Under the pieces are notes generated by a model. That model did no database searches. It saw only the letters and a program-made list of their open reading frames with translations, and was not told where the DNA came from. The translations under genes and the position numbers were made by a program. DNA of 64,000 nt from positions 248,148-312,147 of the forward strand of contig JBBCID010000011.1 in assembly GCA_037200705.1 (NCBI GenBank), given 5' to 3'. How positions within the stretch are numbered: position 1 is the stretch's first letter; each line of letters begins with the position of its first letter. Positions 1 to 10,992 of the stretch are shown in pieces. This DNA comes from Sphingomonas sp. Its GTDB lineage: Bacteria > Pseudomonadota > Alphaproteobacteria > Sphingomonadales > Sphingomonadaceae.

Positions 1-130
1 CGCGGGTGCGATCGGCGCGGGCGGGCAGGGCGCGCTGTCGCTCTCGCCGCAGCGCGAGCTGCTCATCCCCGATCGGCCCGACACCGCCCAGCGCGAGGTG
101 CCGGGGCTGTTCTGAGGCCGGTGCCGCCGC

Positions 131-553
131 TCAGACCAGCTGGTTGAGCCGCGCGAAGCCGAGCGTGTCGAACATCTCCATCACGCTCACCGCCTTGCCG
201 TCGCGGAAGCGCCAGATGTCGGCCTTGGCGGTCCGCGCCTCGCGCCCCGAGCGTGGATCGCGCCAATGGCAGCTGCCGATCCACACCACCGTATCGCCCT
301 GCGCCACGATTTCCTCGGTCGGGAACTCGAGCATCTCGAGGTTGAGCACGAGCGAATCGAGATAGTCGCGGGCGTGCTCGATCCCGATGCGCTCCTGCGC
401 CATCGGATGCGGCTCGGCGGGATTGAGCACGGTGCGCATGACGATCTCGTCGGCGAGCAGGTCGAGGAACAGATCGGAGCTCGCCCCCTTGGTCTCGTGC
501 CACTGCTGATAGGCGTGGCGGAGACGATCGACGGGCGGCGGCGCTGAGGGCAT
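131..553 (-). CDS. SnoaL-like / NTF2-family protein
   Basis: 140-aa ORF with NTF2-like pattern (EEIVAQGDTVVW...ADIWRFRDGKAVSVMEMFDT); AGGAG RBS upstream. Confidence 0.8.
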   Translation of the reverse strand: MPSAPPPVDRLRHAYQQWHETKGASSDLFLDLLADEIVMRTVLNPAEPHPMAQERIGIEHARDYLDSLVLNLEMLEFPTEEIVAQGDTVVWIGSCHWRDPRSGREARTAKADIWRFRDGKAVSVMEMFDTLGFARLNQLV

Positions 554-585
554 CGGCGGCTCTCCTGATCCAGCGTTGGCTGCAA

Positions 586-601
586 GTTACACAAATGTAA
601 C
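586..601. promoter_or_regulatory. Palindromic operator-like site GTTACA-CAAA-TGTAAC
   Basis: Perfect 6-bp inverted repeat just upstream of the SnoaL-like gene. Confidence 0.35.
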
Positions 602-621
602 GATCGCCCACAATGGGGGGT

Positions 622-672
622 TGCAGCCGAAATGGTACTGATCGAGATCAACCCTGGACACTTCGTTGGGGA
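622..672 (-). ncRNA. Putative small hairpin ncRNA (Y-RNA/YrlB-like)
   Basis: Minus strand CCAACGAAGTGTCCAGGGTTGATCTCGATCAGTACCATTTCGGCTG: CGAAGTG pairs with CATTTCG; lies at the end of the tRNA-like array. Confidence 0.3.
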
Positions 673-734
673 GAGGAACTCGGGGAGCGCTCAATTCGGG
701 AAGGCGCGGGATTCGCGCTTCCGCTGGGGAAGGA

Positions 735-806
735 TGGTGCCCCGGGGGACTCGAACCACCCTCGCGCGGACCTCGACCCGCCGCTCTACCTCAGAGCTAC
801 TCCGGC
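735..806 (-). pseudogene. Degenerate tRNA-like gene
   Basis: GCCGGAG-TA-GCTC-TGAGGTA-GAGC D-arm, GGTTCGAGTCC T-loop, 3' ACCA; 6-nt anticodon loop and broken acceptor stem. Confidence 0.7.
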
Positions 807-808
807 AT

Positions 809-884
809 TGGTGCCCTGGGAAGAATTCGAACCTTCGACCTTCCGCTCCGTAGGCAGACGCTCTTTCCACTGAGCTACCGGGGC
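809..884 (-). tRNA. tRNA-Arg(ACG), divergent
   Basis: 76-nt cloverleaf GCCCCGG...CTACGGA anticodon loop...GGTTCGAATTC...CCAGGGC-A-CCA; one C5:A68 mismatch. Confidence 0.85.
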
Positions 885-895
885 GCTTTGACGCT

Positions 896-969
896 TGGTG
901 CCGCCGGAATGCGCGGAGCGTGTCGGAGCGATCCCGGGGGGATCGTACGACGCGCGCGCTTTCGGCGGC
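896..969 (-). ncRNA. Rod-shaped hairpin RNA with tRNA-like acceptor stem and ACCA end
   Basis: GCCGCCG/CGGCGGC perfect 7-bp stem followed by A-CCA; interior folds as one long hairpin capped by CGATCCC/GGGATCG; no D or T loop. Confidence 0.5.
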
Positions 970-987
970 AAGGACGCGGGATGGGGC

Positions 988-1030
988 TGCAGCGGGGTGG
1001 ATTCGAACCACCAGTCTCAGCGTTATGGGG
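988..1030 (-). pseudogene. 3' half of a tRNA-Met(CAT)-like gene
   Basis: CCCATAA loop, CGCTG, AGACT, perfect T-arm GGTGG-TTCGAAT-CCACC; 5' half absent. Confidence 0.6.
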
Positions 1031-1052
1031 TCAAAGAGTTGGCGATGAGGGC

Positions 1053-1063
1053 TTGACAGTCAA
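1053..1063. promoter_or_regulatory. Palindrome TTGAC-A-GTCAA (bidirectional -35-like element or operator)
   Basis: Perfect inverted repeat giving TTGACA on + and TTGACT on -, between the RNA array and the synthetase gene. Confidence 0.35.
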
Positions 1064-1127
1064 CTTAGAAAGGGCGGCCATGGAACTTACGCCAACTACG
1101 TATTTGCGTCGGGGAAGGATGGGGCCC

Positions 1128-2528
1128 ATGTCGACCCAAGAACGTGCTATCGAAAAAGCGGTGGGTATCTACGAGCGATGTCATCGATCCTTTCAGACGA
1201 TGGCACAGCACGTCAACGATACTATTAGAGACCGGTGTGACCCAGCACTACTCCACACCATAGAGTATCGCGCCAAAACCACCGAAAGCTTTCGTCGCAA
1301 AGCTCAGAAATCCGAAAACGGAGTACCTAAATACCCAGACCCGTTAAATCAACTAACGGATTTGTCAGCAGTTCGGGTGATTGTATTCACTCGGAACGCC
1401 GTGAACGATATATGCGACGTTGTTGCGAGCATGTATAATATAGTTGAAAAAGAGGATGTTGGAGAAAGGGTCTATAAGGAAAGGCGATTTGGATATCAGA
1501 GCATACACATCGTAGTGGAGCTCGATCGAAAGCTGTATATTGGGCTAGAGCCCAAAATAAAAAAGGCGCTCTGTGAAATACAGGTGCGAACGGTACTGCA
1601 GCATGCTTGGGCAGAAATGGAGCACGACATTCAATATAAGGGGAGCAATATTCCGGCGGAACTAGCGAAAAGATTTTCGGCTCTTGCAGGTCTTCTTGAA
1701 ATTGCTGACGGAGAATTTCAAAGAATTCAGCAGGATAGCTCAAAATTGAAGAGCGCCGTTCAGTCCAAACTGCTCGACGACCTGACTCAACAGGGATTCA
1801 ATCCGGATTCAGCGCCAAATTTGCCGATTTATAGTGTAAGAAATGTACGCCAGCTAGTAAGCGAGGGACGATATTCTGAGGCGCTAGAATGGTACAACGA
1901 CAAGATTAATAATGAGCCTAACAACCATACCGTCAAGATCGGACGCGCGAAGGTTTGGTTTCTTATAGGGGATTCGTCTAAGGCCTTGGAGGATTTAGCC
2001 GCCGCCGAAGCAATCATCCCTTCTGACCCGGTCATCGCACGTACTCGTAAGCTGGTAGAGGAGGGCGACGCCGACTCCCTCCGGGCTCAAGGTGCTGGCG
2101 GCTATGACCCCGGCTTGTTACAATCCGCATTAAACTCTTTGCGTAGAGGAGACGGAATTCAAGCCTTCGATGAGTTTACCACGCTCGAAGCACAGGGTTA
2201 TAATAAAGCCCTCTCTCTATTTGGTAAGTCATTAGCATGTACGATTGAAGGCGATGTGCTGGGTGCCTGGGATTTTATTGCAACTCTTAAAATAATTCCT
2301 GGAACTCCGATGTCGGTAAATATCTGTGCCCTCCAATACGTACTTCGGCTTCTTGAAGGTAAGCCTGCGGATGAAATATTAGGCGAAATTAAGCATATGA
2401 TGTCATTGGTGCCGGATTTTACGCTACCGCAGTCTCATATTGATCTACTGCTCTCTGGTATGCGAGAGAGGGGCGTTTCACTTATCGACGAGATAGCATC
2501 TAACCTCAATTTCTTGCGTAAGGCGTAA
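1128..2528 (+). CDS. RelA/SpoT synthetase-domain (small alarmone synthetase-like) protein with C-terminal TPR repeats
   Basis: Motifs RAKTTESFRRK, TDLSAVRVI, GYQSIH, EIQVRTVLQHAWAEMEHDIQYK; TPR-like GRYSEALEWY...IGRAKVWFLIGDSSKALEDL; GGGGAAGG RBS; visibly AT-richer than flanks. Confidence 0.9.
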   Translation: MSTQERAIEKAVGIYERCHRSFQTMAQHVNDTIRDRCDPALLHTIEYRAKTTESFRRKAQKSENGVPKYPDPLNQLTDLSAVRVIVFTRNAVNDICDVVASMYNIVEKEDVGERVYKERRFGYQSIHIVVELDRKLYIGLEPKIKKALCEIQVRTVLQHAWAEMEHDIQYKGSNIPAELAKRFSALAGLLEIADGEFQRIQQDSSKLKSAVQSKLLDDLTQQGFNPDSAPNLPIYSVRNVRQLVSEGRYSEALEWYNDKINNEPNNHTVKIGRAKVWFLIGDSSKALEDLAAAEAIIPSDPVIARTRKLVEEGDADSLRAQGAGGYDPGLLQSALNSLRRGDGIQAFDEFTTLEAQGYNKALSLFGKSLACTIEGDVLGAWDFIATLKIIPGTPMSVNICALQYVLRLLEGKPADEILGEIKHMMSLVPDFTLPQSHIDLLLSGMRERGVSLIDEIASNLNFLRKA

Positions 2529-2536
2529 GCAAGCAA

Positions 2537-4590
<2,054 letters not shown>

Positions 4591-4611
4591 CACGGACTCT
4601 AGCGGATCGGA

Positions 4612-5469
4612 TCAGAAAGTATAGGCCAGCCCGAGCACGGCGGTCCATTGGCTCGGCGATCCGGCGATGCGCGTCACCGGCGTGTCGGCGGCGTCGTTCA
4701 GCAGGCGGCGGTACGAGACCGCGCCGACCAGCGACAGGCCGTGGGTCAGATCGCCGGTGAGCGACACGTCGCCGATGCCGGTGATCGAATAGTCCTTCCA
4801 GCCCTTGCCCGCGCTGAACGCGGGGAGGCCGCTCGCGGCGCTGCCGGCGGGGGTGACGCCGAAATAGGTCTGGGCATAGCCGCCGCCCATGTAATCGGCG
4901 GCGAGCGAGAGGCCGACATAGGCCTTGGTGCTGAGCGGGGTGCCGTAATCGATCGCGGGGGTGATCAGATAGCTGCGGTACACGTGGTTGACGTCGCGCG
5001 TGTAGGCCACGCTGACGCTGAGCTTGTCGTAATCGCTGGTGATCAGCCCCTGCTTGCCGATGCCGATATAGCCGCCTGCCTCGATCGCGGCGCGTAGCTT
5101 GCCGAGCGCGCGGACGCGGGGATCCTTGATCGACGACGAGCGGTTGAAATTGACGCTGACGACGGGGCCGAGCTCGAAATCCCAGCCGGGGCCGCCCTTG
5201 GTGGGGATCAGATCGGCCCAGAAGCGGTTTCCGCGCAGCGTGAAGTTGATCCGCGAGACGCGCCCGATCACGCCGGGGACGGGCGAGAACACCATATCGT
5301 CCGACCCTTCGTAGCTCGGGACCGCGCCGGCGCCGATGCCGATCGTGAGCGAATCGCCGTCGAGCTTGGCGGGATCGATCACCGGCGCGGGCTTGGTGTC
5401 CTGCGCGATCGCGGGGGCGGCGATCAGCAGGGTCGCGAGAAGGGCGAAGGGACGCGGGATACTCGACAC
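4612..5469 (-). CDS. MipA/OmpV family outer membrane protein
   Basis: Signal peptide, PSYEGSDD motif, C-terminal GLAYTF; AGGAG RBS before GTG. Confidence 0.88.
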   Translation of the reverse strand: MSSIPRPFALLATLLIAAPAIAQDTKPAPVIDPAKLDGDSLTIGIGAGAVPSYEGSDDMVFSPVPGVIGRVSRINFTLRGNRFWADLIPTKGGPGWDFELGPVVSVNFNRSSSIKDPRVRALGKLRAAIEAGGYIGIGKQGLITSDYDKLSVSVAYTRDVNHVYRSYLITPAIDYGTPLSTKAYVGLSLAADYMGGGYAQTYFGVTPAGSAASGLPAFSAGKGWKDYSITGIGDVSLTGDLTHGLSLVGAVSYRRLLNDAADTPVTRIAGSPSQWTAVLGLAYTF

Positions 5470-5543
5470 GGAGACACTCCTGAATATGTTGCACGTGCGA
5501 AACGCTTCGGATCGGTAATCGCTCCGTGCGGGCTCGGCAAGGC

Positions 5544-6248
5544 TCAAGCGTCGAACGCGCCCACCCCGCCGTCGGTCCTGCACAGCCGGTCCCAGAAGCG
5601 GAAATAGAGGCCGAAATTGCACGCGTAGCGCTCGTGGTGGCGCTGGTGGTGGCTCGCGGTGATCAGCGGCCCGTGGATCAGGACGCGCGGAAACAGCTCC
5701 CAGCCCATGTGGTTGGTGACGCCCATCACCGTCATGATCGCGAGGACGAGGCCGAGCGCGGCGACGTGGATCGGGATCAGCAGGACCAGCGCGGGGATCA
5801 CGACCGCGCCGGTGACCGCCTCGAGCGGATGGAAGCTCATCGCCGCCCAGGCGGTGGGCGGGCGGCTGGCGTGATGGACCGCGTGTGCGCGGCGGAACAG
5901 CGCCGGGCGGTGCATCAGCCGGTGGGTCCAGTAGAACCAGGTGTCGTGCACGAGCAGGTAGAGCAGCACCGAGACCGGCAGGTACCAGAGCGGGGAGGCG
6001 TGGACGTCGGTATAGATCCGCGTCCAGCCGCGATGGGCCCAGCCCCAGGCGACCACCCCGGCGGGCACGCCGTAGATCGCGGCGCTGGCGAGGCTCCAGC
6101 CGATCTCGCGACGGATCTGCGGGATGAGGCTGGCGTAAAGGCCGGGGTGGCGCAGCCGCGTGGCGAACGCGAAGCCGCCCGAGGCGAGCAGATAGCGCAC
6201 GCCGACGATCAGCGTCATCGCCAGCGCGGAGAGGAGGATCGGCGCCAT
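5544..6248 (-). CDS. crtG: Sterol-desaturase-family carotenoid 2,2'-beta-hydroxylase (probable CrtG)
   Basis: His boxes HRLMH, HAVHH, HHQRHH; located beside the crtYIB cluster. Confidence 0.75.
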   Translation of the reverse strand: MAPILLSALAMTLIVGVRYLLASGGFAFATRLRHPGLYASLIPQIRREIGWSLASAAIYGVPAGVVAWGWAHRGWTRIYTDVHASPLWYLPVSVLLYLLVHDTWFYWTHRLMHRPALFRRAHAVHHASRPPTAWAAMSFHPLEAVTGAVVIPALVLLIPIHVAALGLVLAIMTVMGVTNHMGWELFPRVLIHGPLITASHHQRHHERYACNFGLYFRFWDRLCRTDGGVGAFDA

Positions 6249-6330
6249 GCCCGCCACCCTATCACCGGGGCGCGAAAGCGCGAACAGCGAGCGCGGCCGG
6301 CACCGCATGGGCACCGGCCGCCGTTCGCCC

Positions 6331-7197
<867 letters not shown>

Positions 7198-7300
7198 CGA
7201 AATTCTCCGGTCTCAATTGTTGACAAGGTCTCAGATAGAGACCAATAACCGATCCGTGAAGACGGCATTTTTCCGTCACCTGGTTACGCGGGAGTTCCCT

Positions 7301-7699
7301 ATGGACGCGCATGCGGCGCTCGGCGCCAAATTCGAAGGCTGGCTGGCGATGGGGTTCGACGAAACGCGCTGCCCTGTGCGCAACCTGCTCGATCAGATCG
7401 GCGATCGCTGGTCGATGCTGCTGCTCGCCGCGCTCGCGGGCGGGCCGAAGCGCTTCAGCGCGCTCGCGCGCGGGGTTCCCGACATTTCGAAGCGGATGCT
7501 CACCCAGACGCTGCGCACGCTCGAGACCGACGGATTCGTCCATCGTGACGTCCGGCCGACGGTTCCGCCCAGCGTGACCTATTCGCTCACCCCGCTCGGC
7601 CGGAGCTTCGCCGCGCCGCTGCTCGGGCTGGTCGAATGGGCCGAGGCCAATTTCGGCGCGGTCTGCGCGGCGCGGGCGCGGATGGCGCAGGCGGCATAG
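7301..7699 (+). CDS. HxlR-family transcriptional regulator (QorR/YtfH-like)
   Basis: [42 protein letters not shown]; divergent from the oxidoreductase. Confidence 0.9.
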   Translation: MDAHAALGAKFEGWLAMGFDETRCPVRNLLDQIGDRWSMLLLAALAGGPKRFSALARGVPDISKRMLTQTLRTLETDGFVHRDVRPTVPPSVTYSLTPLGRSFAAPLLGLVEWAEANFGAVCAARARMAQAA

Positions 7700-7775
7700 C
7701 GGGGCCGCCGCTCGGGCAGGCGGGGCATGCTCGTGGGGGTTTCCCCCATGGAATCGATCCGCTAGGCCGCGCTGC

Positions 7776-8939
7776 ATGCCGGTCACCATCACCTGTGACG
7801 TCGCGATCGTCGGGGGCGGGCTTTCGGGCGGGCTGATCGCGCTGGCGCTCAAGCGCAGGCGGCCGGACTGCGACGTGCGGCTGATCGACGGCGGCCGGCG
7901 GATCGGCGGCAACCATCTCTGGTCGTTCTTCGCGAGCGATGTCGCCGCGCACGATCGCTGGCTGGTGGCGCCGGTGATCAGCTATGGCTGGACCAGCTAT
8001 GACGTTGCCTTCCCCGCGCACCGGCGGACGATCCGCGCGCCTTATTATTCGATCGAATCCACGCGGCTCGATGCCAACGTACGCGAGGCGCTGCCCGAAG
8101 ACGCGCTGATGCTGCGCCGCAAGGTGCTCGCCGCCAGCTCGAAGGCGGTGGTGTTCGCCGACGGCGACCGCGTCGAGGCGGGCGGGGTGATCGATTGCCG
8201 GGGGCCCGGCGATCTCGCGTTGCTCGATCTCGGCTGGCAGAAGTTCCTCGGCCGCGAGCTGCAGCTCGGCGACGCGCACGATCTCGAGCGCCCGTTGCTG
8301 ATGGATGCGACGGTCGAGCAGGACGACGGGTATCGCTTCGTTTATTGCCTCCCGTTCGCGGCGACGCGGATGTTCGTCGAGGACACCTATTACAGCGATA
8401 CGCCTGCGATCGACGCGGCGGCGATCGGCGGCCGGATCGACGCCTATGTCGCGGCGCGCGGCTGGCAGGTCGAGCGCGTGACGCGCGAGGAGGCCGGCGC
8501 GCTGCCGGTTGCGATGGGCGGCGATTTCGAGGCCTATTGGCAATCGGGCGGCAACAAGGTCGCCAAGGCCGGGCTGCGCGCCGGGCTGTTCCACCCGATG
8601 ACCGGCTATGCGCTGCCCGATGCGGTGCGCGCCGCGGCGCTGGTGGCGGGCGCGGGCGACCTGTCGGGCGCGGCACTGCACGAATTGCTCCACGGCCTCG
8701 CGCGAAAGACGTGGAAGCGGCGGCGCTTTTATCGGATGCTCGCCGCCATGCTGTTCAAGGCTGCCGAACCCGCCGCGCGATACCGCGTGCTCGAACGCTT
8801 CTACCGGCTCGATCCCGGGCTGATCGCGCGCTTCTATGCCGGGCATTCGAGCCTGTTCGATCGCGCGCGGCTGCTCTCGGGCAAGCCGCCGGTGCCGATC
8901 GGGCGCGCGGTCCGGGCGATGTGGGGGACGGCCAAATGA
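7776..8939 (+). CDS. crtY: Lycopene beta-cyclase
   Basis: GGGLSG, GGNHLWSFF, MDATVEQDDGYRFVY, GLFHPMTGY. Confidence 0.95.
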   Translation: MPVTITCDVAIVGGGLSGGLIALALKRRRPDCDVRLIDGGRRIGGNHLWSFFASDVAAHDRWLVAPVISYGWTSYDVAFPAHRRTIRAPYYSIESTRLDANVREALPEDALMLRRKVLAASSKAVVFADGDRVEAGGVIDCRGPGDLALLDLGWQKFLGRELQLGDAHDLERPLLMDATVEQDDGYRFVYCLPFAATRMFVEDTYYSDTPAIDAAAIGGRIDAYVAARGWQVERVTREEAGALPVAMGGDFEAYWQSGGNKVAKAGLRAGLFHPMTGYALPDAVRAAALVAGAGDLSGAALHELLHGLARKTWKRRRFYRMLAAMLFKAAEPAARYRVLERFYRLDPGLIARFYAGHSSLFDRARLLSGKPPVPIGRAVRAMWGTAK

Positions 8940-10414
8940 AGCGCGCGGCGGTGATCGGCGCGGGGTTCGGCGGGCTGGCGCTGGCGATCCGGCTGCAATC
9001 GGCAGGGGTCGACACCGTGCTGATCGAGGCGCGCGACAAGCCCGGCGGGCGCGCCTATTTCTGGGAGCGCGACGGCTTCACCTTCGATGCCGGGCCGACG
9101 GTGATCACCGCGCCGCAGGCGCTGCGCGAGCTCTGGATGCTCACCGGGCGCGACATCGGCGAGGACGTCAAGCTCGTGCCCGTCTCGCCCTTTTATCGGC
9201 TGAGCTGGCCCGACGGGACGCGCTTCGACTATTCGAACGACGACACCCAGCTTCGCGCCGAGATCGCGCGGCTCGATCCGCAGGACGTCGAGGGCTATCG
9301 GCGCTTCCTGGCTTATTCGGCGGGGGTCTATGCCGACGGCTACGTCAAGCTGGGGCAGGTCGCCTTCCTCGATTTCGGATCGATGGTGCGCGCGGCGCCG
9401 GCGCTGATGAAGCATCAGGCGTGGCGATCGGTCTATTCGATCGTCTCGGGCTTCGTGAAGAACGAGAAATTGCGCCAGGCGCTGAGCTTCCACACGCTGC
9501 TGATCGGCGGCAACCCGATGAGCGCGAGCGCGATCTATGCGCTGATCCACAAGCTCGAGCGCGACGGCGGCGTATGGTGGGCGTGCGGCGGCACCAACAA
9601 ATTGGTGAGCGGCATGGTCGCGCTGTTCGAGCGGCTGGGCGGCGTGGTGCGGCTCGGCGATCCGGTGGTCGCGATCGACACGCTCGGCGACCAGGTGACC
9701 GGGGTGCGGACCCGATCGGGCTTCCAGATGACCGTCGACGCGGTCGCGAGCAACGCCGACGTGGTCCACAGCTACCGCGACCTGCTCAAGGGATCGCGCA
9801 GCGCCCAGCGGACCGCGTCGCGGCTGGCGCGGATGCGCTATTCGCCGTCGCTGTTCCTCATCCATTTCGGGGTGGAGGGGCGTTTTCCCGCGATCCCGCA
9901 CCATAATATCCTGTTCGGGCCGCGCTACCAGGGGCTGCTCGCCGACATCTTCCAGTCGGGGGTGCTTCCCGCCGACCTGTCGCTCTACGTCCACCATCCG
10001 AGCGCGACCGATGCCGCGATGGCGCCCGAGGGGCATTCGACCTTCTATGCGCTGGCGCCAGTGCCGCATCTCGGCAAGTTCCCGGTCGACTGGGCCGAGA
10101 TCGGGCCGATCCTCGAGGCACGCATCCTCGACGAGGTCGGGCGGCGGCTGATCCCGGGGCTCAAGGAGCGGATCGTCACCAAATTCTCCTACGCGCCCAC
10201 CGATTTCGCGCGCGATCTGAACGCGCATCTGGGATCGGGTTTCAGCCTCGAGCCGATCCTGACGCAGAGCGCCTGGTTCCGCGTCCACAATCGCGATTCC
10301 GCCATCTCGAACCTCTATTTCGTCGGCGCGGGGACGCATCCGGGCGCGGGGATCCCCGGCGTCGTCGGCAGCGCCAAGGCGACCGCGGCCCTGATGCTGG
10401 GAGACGGCAGGTGA
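8936..10414 (+). CDS. crtI: Phytoene desaturase
   Basis: VIGAGFGGLALAIRLQ, FDAGPTVIT, GAGTHPGAGIPGV; ATGA overlap with crtY. Confidence 0.97.
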   Translation: MKRAAVIGAGFGGLALAIRLQSAGVDTVLIEARDKPGGRAYFWERDGFTFDAGPTVITAPQALRELWMLTGRDIGEDVKLVPVSPFYRLSWPDGTRFDYSNDDTQLRAEIARLDPQDVEGYRRFLAYSAGVYADGYVKLGQVAFLDFGSMVRAAPALMKHQAWRSVYSIVSGFVKNEKLRQALSFHTLLIGGNPMSASAIYALIHKLERDGGVWWACGGTNKLVSGMVALFERLGGVVRLGDPVVAIDTLGDQVTGVRTRSGFQMTVDAVASNADVVHSYRDLLKGSRSAQRTASRLARMRYSPSLFLIHFGVEGRFPAIPHHNILFGPRYQGLLADIFQSGVLPADLSLYVHHPSATDAAMAPEGHSTFYALAPVPHLGKFPVDWAEIGPILEARILDEVGRRLIPGLKERIVTKFSYAPTDFARDLNAHLGSGFSLEPILTQSAWFRVHNRDSAISNLYFVGAGTHPGAGIPGVVGSAKATAALMLGDGR

Positions 10415-10992
10415 GGCGCATCGCGGTCTATTGCGGATCGGCCTCGCCGGCGGACCGGACCTATGTCGAGGCGGCGCGCGCGGTGGGGCGCAGCCTCGCC
10501 GGGCGCGGGATCGGGCTGGTCTATGGCGGCGGCAAGCTGGGGCTGATGGGTGCGGTGGCGGACGCGGTGCTGGGCGCGGGGGGCGAGGTGATCGGGGTGA
10601 TCCCGCAGGCGCTGGTCGACGCCGAGGTCGCGCACCGCGGGCTCACCGAGCTCCATGTCGTCGAGACGATGCACGAGCGCAAGGCGCGTTTCACCGAGCT
10701 TTCCGATGGCTTTTTGACGATCCCCGGCGGCACGGGCACCATGGACGAATTGTGGGAGGCGCTGAGCTGGGCGCAGCTCGGCTATCATGCCAAGCCGGTT
10801 GGGCTGCTCAACGTCGCCGGCTTCTACGACGGGCTGATCGAATTCTGGCGCCACATCGGCGCGGTCGGCTTCGTGCGGCCGCAGCACCAGGGGCTCCTCC
10901 TCCATGGCGACGACCTCGATCGGCTGCTCGCGCGGATGGCGGCGTTCGAGCCGGGCGTGCCGATCATCCGCATGAAGCGCGCCGACCTGTGA
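10411..10992 (+). CDS. LOG-family (TIGR00730) nucleotide phosphoribohydrolase
   Basis: LVYGGGKLGLMG, MHERK, PGGTGTMDE. Confidence 0.92.
   Translation: MRRIAVYCGSASPADRTYVEAARAVGRSLAGRGIGLVYGGGKLGLMGAVADAVLGAGGEVIGVIPQALVDAEVAHRGLTELHVVETMHERKARFTELSDGFLTIPGGTGTMDELWEALSWAQLGYHAKPVGLLNVAGFYDGLIEFWRHIGAVGFVRPQHQGLLLHGDDLDRLLARMAAFEPGVPIIRMKRADL

Noticed and set aside
735-1030. Repeated GGTTCGA/ACCA motifs as a CRISPR array
   Set aside because: These are tRNA T-loops and 3' ends; there are no identical repeats, regular spacers or cas genes.
666-1127. 154-aa N-terminal extension of the synthetase ORF
   Set aside because: It runs antisense across the tRNA-like array; the RBS and compositional shift favour a start at 1128.
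10411-10992. LOG gene inside the carotenoid operon as a novelty
   Set aside because: The crtI-LOG-crtB arrangement is, to my knowledge, common in sphingomonads.
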